DNA of 64,000 nt from Hormiphora californensis (taxonomy: Eukaryota > Animalia > Ctenophora), in assembly GCA_020137815.1 (NCBI GenBank), contig CM035351.1:6510001-6574000 (forward strand), read 5' to 3'. Made by a program: the position numbers and the translations under genes. The notes below the pieces were generated by a model, which was not told where the DNA came from, made no database searches, and saw only the letters and a list, made by a program, of their open reading frames with translations. Every line of letters starts with the position of its first letter. The stretch's first letter is position 1. Below are positions 56,801 to 64,000 of the stretch, in pieces.

Positions 56801-59800
56801 TAGTGTGTACTTGTGTATTATCCGAATCAGCGCCTCGTTAGGTTGGCAGGCTGCCATTAGATTCTGTAGGAACACCAGGTCTTTATCCCACATAATACTC
56901 TTATAGTGCTCCCTGTAGCAACTAGCCTGGTTATCCATCGTAGTTCCGTTCCTTTTCCACAGGTTCGCCTCAATCTGCTGACTCAGGATGATTGGTCGGA
57001 GAGGCAGGTCTAGTAGTTCCTGGCAGGAGAACTCGCCGTAAACCTCGTTAAGATCGACAATGTGGGGCTGCAGTTTGGAGACGTACGACACGACCATGCC
57101 CATAAACCTACAGATGGGCAGATGGAAACTGACGGGGCTGTACAGGACGTGATGATCTACGTATCTTATAGCGAGGGGGAACATTTGAAGGGTTGACTTG
57201 CTCTTGTGTGCCACCTTCCACTGGGAAGTGTCCTCACTACTTGAGAGATGTGCCACCATCTCAGCAACAGCGGGTGCAGTGTTCACCGGACAGGGATCAT
57301 TCGTCTTCATCACATCTCCCTTCATCATACATTCCAGGAGGGTGTCCAGACAGGCTCTCTGGAGGGTTGGGGTAGAAACACACCACTTAGCCACTGTCAT
57401 TGTGATCAGATTCAGGTCAGATATCTCCAACATAAAGTACACATCCCACTCCCTATCCCTTGCGATGTGGTTACTACTCTCCCGTTTGTGGGGGTTCATC
57501 TCCTGAAGCCAATCCCAGGAAGCGGACAAACAGCTTAAAGAAACGGAGGAAAGCCGCCTCGATAGGCGGGGGTCACTGTTTCAGGGACATTGGACAGGAT
57601 AAACTTAATGTCCGTCATGATTGCCATTAATCCTCTCTCTTGTTTTATTGATGTTTGTGATACTGGTCGAGTCCTCTCCCTGCCATCCTTTCCAACACTC
57701 ACAAACCTCCCATAGAACTCCAGAAACTGAGAATATATGACCTCTGCAGCGGAGTGTTCAAGTAGCAACATGTGGGAGATAGGAGGGGACAGTGAAGAGT
57801 TGTACTGTCAGGGATACCACTGAGTAGGTGGCCTCCCTACCCCTCTCATCGTGCACATAAGCACCGATAATTGACTCGTAATTCTTGATGAGGATCACTG
57901 CAAAGTCTTTCTTGTGTACTGGATCCACTAGGTATGTGCCCATGAAGAGGGAGTGCCAGGCACACTTGATCTTCTTCCAGAGGTAGGATTCACTTAGTAG
58001 GATGCCCTCTATCTGGGTTGTTCCCTGTGTCACCGACCCCAGACCCACCTGATGAGAGGATAGGGTGGTGTTAATATTATACAAGGTGGCCCATAAATTA
58101 TGAGGCCCGGGGACGAGCTGTACCTCCGAAACGGTGATAGTTGTGCAAAAACAAACTACGGGAACATGCTGGAACAATTCCTTGGTAACTTTTTGCAAAT
58201 TTTGAGTTTTTTATTCAAAAGTTCATTTTTCATTCATGAACTATTTACACGTTCATTAATGAATTAAGGACTCTAATTTACCGAGAGTGAGCCATTTTGT
58301 TTGGGTTGAATTTATCTTTCCAATGAGCACCATGAAAATCAAATTGAAGCACCAGGTCACATGTCAGTTGAGAAAATGCACATGCATGATTTTGGCTCTT
58401 CCTGCGACTTTCAATCAGCTGTATCACGGCTACCTTTTGTTCAATCTTTTTTAAAATTTGGGTGAACATTGGATAAGCAAAGATCTTTGCTCACAAGAAA
58501 AATCAAGGTCAAAACAGAAAGTTCATTTTTGAGTTTCGGTAGTTCATTCCACTCATTCAGGAACCAACATCCCTAAAGGGGGGGGGGGGGGGGGCGGCTG
58601 AAGTTTTTGAAGTTTTTGAAGTCAACTTCAAAAACTTCAAAGAGAAACTTAGGGTGGAAAACTTCAAAAACTTCAAAAACTTCAAAAACTCATATCTCCT
58701 AAACCGTTGGAGATAGGCCCTATGTTGCTTCATAACTCGTATATAAACTTGCATATTCCGAACAAGATGCACCCCTTTAAAAAGCTTATAGTCACTCATA
58801 AACCATAAAAACTGGTCTAGCCCAAAAAAAGTCATGCGCACACACACAATTATGAAAATATCCCATTATCCCTCGAATTAGATGAGGTGGAGACTTCATT
58901 TTGGCACGTACCCCCACTAACTCGAGGCCGCTGATGATTTTGGTGTCCATATTTTTTTCACTACTCCCTTCATAAAAAATTTGCATTTTGTGAAACTGGC
59001 AAAAAGGGTGTGGCCCCAAAAAAATTTTTGAAAATTTACTTCATAATTTTTAAACACTTTCTTAGCATTTTCTAGGCAATTTTTTGAGTTATAGAATGAA
59101 AATAAAATCTGTTTTTACAAAAAATTTAAATTTTTTACACTAAATTGTGCCATGGATTTCATGGCTAGTAATCATTGTAAATATCCTAATTTGTGGTAGA
59201 AAAAGGGCAGACAAGGACGGATAACTTTGCCATAATATGTATTAAGCATGAAACTAACCTAAACAAGTGTAATAATAGTCACTGATAGCATATAAAATTA
59301 GTTTAGAGTTTTTGAAGTTTTTGAAGTTTTTGAAGTCAACTTCAAAAACTTCAAAAACTCAAAAAGTAGGGTGGAAAACTTCAAACTTCAAAAACTTCAG
59401 CCGGCCCCCCCCCCCCCTAAAGTGATGAAAAGTGATTGGTTTTGTTTGGCCCATACCCTGCGATGATAGAGAGGTGTAAAAACACGTTTCCGTGCTAGTT
59501 AGTGGGTGTCCATGTGATCATGATGATATCTGACACCTCTTCTGAGCCATAATCAAGGGATTTTCTCGAATTCAAGCATGTGATTTGGGTTATCTGTGAT
59601 TGGTATCGTGCAGCAATGTTGAGAGATCTCATAGCACCTCAAAAATTATGATTATCTCAATGAAATGAGTTGATTTATGATAGAAGAGATTAAAACAGAC
59701 GTCAAAATGAGGTGCTATGAGATCTCTCAACATTGCTGCACGATACCAATCACAGATAACCCAAATCACATGCTTGAATTCGAGAAAATCCCTTGATTAT

Positions 59801-61108
59801 GGCTCAGAAGAGGTGTCAGATATCATCATGATCACATGGACACCCACTAACTAGCCCGGAAACGTGTTTTTACACCTCTCTATCATCGCAGGGTATGGGC
59901 CAAACAAAACCAATCACTTCTCATCACTTTAGGGATGTTGGTTCCTGAATGAGTGGAATGAACTACCAAAACTCAAAAATGAACTTTCAGTTTTGACCTT
60001 GATTTTTCTTGTGAGCAAAGATCTTTGCTTATCCAATGTTCACCCAAATTTTTAAAAAGATTGAACAAAAGGTAGCCGTGATACAGCTGATTGAAAGTCG
60101 CAGGAAGAGCCAAAATCATGCATGTGCATTTTCTCAACTGACATGTGACCTGGTGCTTCAATTTGATTTTCATGGTGCTCATTGGAAAGATAAATTCAAC
60201 CCAAACGAAATGGCTCACTCTCGGTAAATTAGAGTCCTTAATTCATTAATGAACGTGTAAATAGTTCATGAATGAAAAATGAACTTTTGAATAAAAAACT
60301 CAAAATTTGCAAAAAGTTACCAAGGAATTGTTCCAGCATGTTCCCGTAGTTTGTTTTTGCACAACTATCACCGTTTCGGAGGTACAGCTCGTCCCCCGGC
60401 CTCATAATTTATGGTAGTAGTATTCAAGGTCAAACAGATAGGCGATAGCTGTAAATCTGTCAAACCGTGACACATACAATATAGCAAGTGTACAAGTAGG
60501 TTAGAGTGACTTGATTGTTAGGACAGGGGACTAGCGAGCTGACGTCACACCCTGTTGAATAAACACACTTACATTGCAGATTATCCGTCTAAATCCTGGG
60601 TTCACAGCCAAGTCTGACAACAGCTTGATAACATCAACAAGCACCTCTTGCAGATAATACGAGTAGGTCTGCATTGTTCGGGCCTGTCATGGGACATGTG
60701 TGTTAGTGATACTTAGCGGGTTCGAGGGGGGGGGGGGGGTCCGGGTCAGTGAGAGTTGTATATTCGTGGGTTTTTGACACCGGGAACGAAGTTTTGGTAC
60801 ACTCACCATCAGGGGTTTCTTTTCTGTGTTTCTGCTTGGTTTGTAATTAAGGAACCTGTTCGTCAACTCCATACAGATATCCCTGCTTGCTTCTTTGATC
60901 TTCATCCTGCCCTCCCTGTCAATACCAGTTGCCATGGCTGATGCCTCTGTGTGACTGCAGTCCAACAACGTCTTGAACTGTTTGATTACCTCATCGAAGT
61001 TGTGGTATTCATCATTCAGTATCACAGTTGAGAACCTGGGAGAGAGGGATTTGTGTTCTAACCCTCCTTATTTACGAAAACCGGGGTGCGGTGAGAGAGG
61101 GGGTTCAG

Positions 61109-61154
<46 letters not shown>

Positions 61155-62289
61155 GGTTACTAGTAACATATCACTCTGAGGTCACCAACTGGTAATGGTG
61201 TCACACCTCTTGACAAGGCGGAGTACCAGGTAAATCAGGTTCCCGAGACGTCGTATACAAACAAACAACAAATCACAGCTCTTCATTTGCACAAGAAATC
61301 ACCAACAAGAGAGATGAGGTAATACCTGTCAGAAACTCCATGTTCGGTGGTAGGCATCAGAGATTTGGGTATATCGAACACACTCTCATGATTATCTACA
61401 TCCTGGTCAATATATACCATCCACGCCAAGTGTAATATCTCCTGTTGAGATGGTGGTGTTATGAGTAACAAAAGTAGAAAAACATTTCCAGACCTCGATG
61501 ATGTTGTCTCAATTTTGACAAGTTCAAGCATGGTGATTTCTTACCGTGAACAGACACTTTGCAATGTTCCTTATCTTCACAGGTAATTTTAATTCAATGT
61601 CTTCCTTTTCTTCCTCTGTACTCTCGTGGATAGAGCAAGTGGAACCCTGCAATGAGACATTAGACATGATTAACAATTAATGAGAGAGATTATACAATTA
61701 TATCCACACGTTCCGGCGATAAGCTGGTGGCTCACAGACTTATCAGTACATATATCACTCAAGTAAGCGATAGTTTGTCAGTATAATTCTAGTAAGCGAT
61801 AGTTTGTCAGTATATCACTCAAGTATTAGCGATGTTTTATAACTCACATATTTCCAGGCTTCCTCGTCGCCCACAATCGCACATTCCAGTGCCGGGTGAG
61901 GTGTGAACCAGCAAGGTGTGACCCTCCCGCTTGTGAATGCTGTTGTTATAACACGCCATACACATGACACACGTACTGTCAATAGCACACTCCACACACC
62001 GGAAGGTGGGGTCCCCAAAGTTCATGACCCTTCCACAGGGTCCCCCAGCTGACGCAAATTCTTGCAACTCTGGTAACACCACCGAAGGATCCTTCCCCGC
62101 ACATAGCACAAATCGTAGAGTATCTGATACTTCCGCGGCTAGAGTTTCGTAGGGGTCTGAACCATCCATCCATTGGAGGATGGCTGACCGGAGGTAAAAG
62201 TGCAGAAATTCATCGTTAGGGTTATCAGATTCCGTGAACTCCTTCACAAACTTCTCACGGTCGTTAGTGAGATTCTCTTTTGCAGTCAT
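53810..62289 (-). CDS. UBR1: E3 ubiquitin ligase UBR1/UBR2 (N-recognin), multi-exon, with several apparent single-base indels
   Basis: UBR box (CGRV...TFRCVEC...CVMCMACY...H...H...CDCGDEEAW) at ~61855-62040; ClpS-like ILNDEYHNFDEV at ~61000; RING (CILC...SCGH.IH..C...CPYC); C-terminal CLVCG...CC...C..H...PYVDKYGE. Confidence 0.9.
58091..60414. mobile_element. Large foldback element (~710-bp arms) in a UBR intron, with a nested insertion in its left arm
   Basis: CCATAAATTATGAGGCC...GGCCTCATAATTTATGG; 58091-58577 plus 59418-59640 mirror ~59705-60414; no clear TSD. Confidence 0.75.
58578..59417. mobile_element. Poly-G/poly-C-ended MITE nested in the foldback arm
   Basis: G(n)CGGCTGAAGTTTTTGAAG...CTTCAAAAACTTCAGCCGGC(n); duplicated target CCCTAAA(G); absent from the mirror arm (CATCCCTAAAGTGATG). 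Confidence 0.8.
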
Positions 62290-62960
62290 ACCTCCCACAC
62301 ATTTTTACAATGATTTCATGCTTCAAAGGGTAATACATAGTTAGGGACAGCTGATTTATGACATTTATGAAACGTGGAAGGGCGTACCATTGAACCAGAA
62401 ATGTTTAATTTCAAAATGCTAAGTGGGTGAAACCGGCCACAAGCCCAAGGGGGTTCCAGGGACTGAAACTCCTGGAGAGGTCACCACGCATGATACCCCC
62501 TAAGCTACCCCCTTAATCCTTATCCTAGGAGGCTCCTAGGATAAGTTGGCGGGTCCCTAGGGCCCGACTCGCTATCCAAACGACTCTCAAAATCGGTCGA
62601 ACCACCTTCAAACCCACAAAGAAGTTGTTCATAGGGTCAGGTCACTCATTGCTGACAGTCAAAACTTGGCAGCGCTTTTCAAGTTAGAAATTAAAAAATA
62701 ATAATAATAATAATAATAATAAAGGGTTTTTAGTATACCGCTCAGTCCAGACAGGGCTGGATCATTGACATGAGTCCAACACTGCCCAGATTCAGAGCGG
62801 TACACCAAGATTGTTAATATCCTGACGGGCGCGATTATAATCTGGGTGCCTTGCAGCGATTTTATTTATTTATTCAATCTAATTTGTATACATTGAATCA
62901 CAATCAACATACACGCCCCTTCTTGCGGGCAAAATCGGGCAGGTGAGTAGAACTTCGCTC

Positions 62961-63080
62961 CTAATAAAAGGCTGCAATAAAAGGCTGCAATAAAAGGCTG
63001 CAGAAAAAGGCTGCAATAAAAGGCTGCAATAAAAGGCTGCAGAAAAAGGCTGCAATAAAAGGCTGCAATAAAAGGCTGCA
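62961..63080. repeat. 14-bp minisatellite (ATAAAAGGCTGCAA type)
   Basis: About 8 tandem copies. Confidence 0.85.
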
Positions 63081-63626
63081 AGGGATCACGTATCCAACCA
63101 GACTAAAGCGGGGGATAGACCGAATCGTCCTCCCCTAATAGTGTTTCGTATCACGTATCGGCTGTAGTGAGACCGAATCACCCTCCCCTAATTATAGTGA
63201 TTCGTGTCACGTATCCAACTAGACCATAGGCAATAGAGAGAGACCGAGATAGAGAGCGAGTACGAGTGAGAACTGAGAGTGTGAAAAATCAGAATCACGG
63301 TATGGTATCACGTACCATGGTATCCTCTAATGAAAAGCGGTTACCAATTGACAATGAGACCTCATCGGTCCCGATACGTGATTCTCTACCGCTATGTATT
63401 CTCCATTAGTCTTTCCGTATCAATCCACGATTCAGTAGAGGTAGTCAGTAACTACTGGGAGTATTGGTCTAATGAGGTAGGGTAGATCTATTGATTGAAC
63501 GTGTAGCACAATGACAGGTGGACCACCCAACCACTTAGTTCACCTATCGTAGTATTATGTGTGATTTGTGTACATAAAGACTATTGGCGAATAACGGTAG
63601 AAAATCAGTAATCACGTATTGGCACC

Positions 63627-63934
63627 CAGGGGTGTAGGAATAGGGGGGGCGAGGGGGGCGGCCGCCCCCCCCCCCCACTTTTGGCCAGGTTCGCCCCCTC
63701 ACTTTCGTCGCCAACAGTCAACACTCACTCCCAAATGACGAAATCATGACTTTTTTGGCTTTAAACCCTAAAATTTTTCTCGGCTCCGCTGTCGCTCCGC
63801 CCAATGTACAGTAAATGCAATGGAATAGGTGACTAAATCTTGCTCATAAATTTTTTTTCTTGGGCGCTGACCAGCGCTGTAATTGGTCACGTGACTTCGC
63901 CCCCCTCACTTGAAAATTCATTCCTACACCCCTG
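63627..63934. mobile_element. hAT-like MITE
   Basis: TIR CAGGGGTGTAGGAAT...ATTCCTACACCCCTG; 8-bp TSD TTGGCACC at 63619-63626 and 63935-63942. Confidence 0.85.
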
Positions 63935-64000
63935 TTGGCACCGATTAGGTCATGTGTCAGGTCACCTTGACAGTCAAAACTTGTCAGGTCGCCTTTTCAA

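Overview
Repeat-rich genomic DNA from an invertebrate animal, with GT-AG introns, (GA)n microsatellites and TTAGGG-like motifs. The style is ctenophore-like, but that is only an impression. Host genes: a claudin-like tetraspan gene, BLTP2/KIAA0100 (hobbit), a divergent Q50 homeobox gene, a divergent ABI (Abl-interactor) gene and an N-recognin E3 ligase (UBR1/2). Transposons include nested Merlin-like elements with CCTCATGAGG arrays, a non-coding LTR element, an intact RTE-clade LINE, and Tc1/mariner-, hAT-, Mutator/Merlin- and Chapaev-like MITEs or foldbacks. The standout is a 3,567-bp element at 35149-38715 with Polinton/Maverick termini (AGTAGT...ACTACT), apparently identical 430-bp TIRs and a 6-bp TSD (AGGGAG). 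It carries four intact, divergently arranged virion-module genes: double-jelly-roll major capsid, minimal penton, a QxGxG amphipathic core protein, and a C2H2-finger fused to a core-protein-like domain. It has no polymerase, integrase, packaging ATPase or protease, so it is a candidate capsid-only satellite or one segment of a multipartite polintovirus. All family assignments come from motif recognition by eye, not from database searches.
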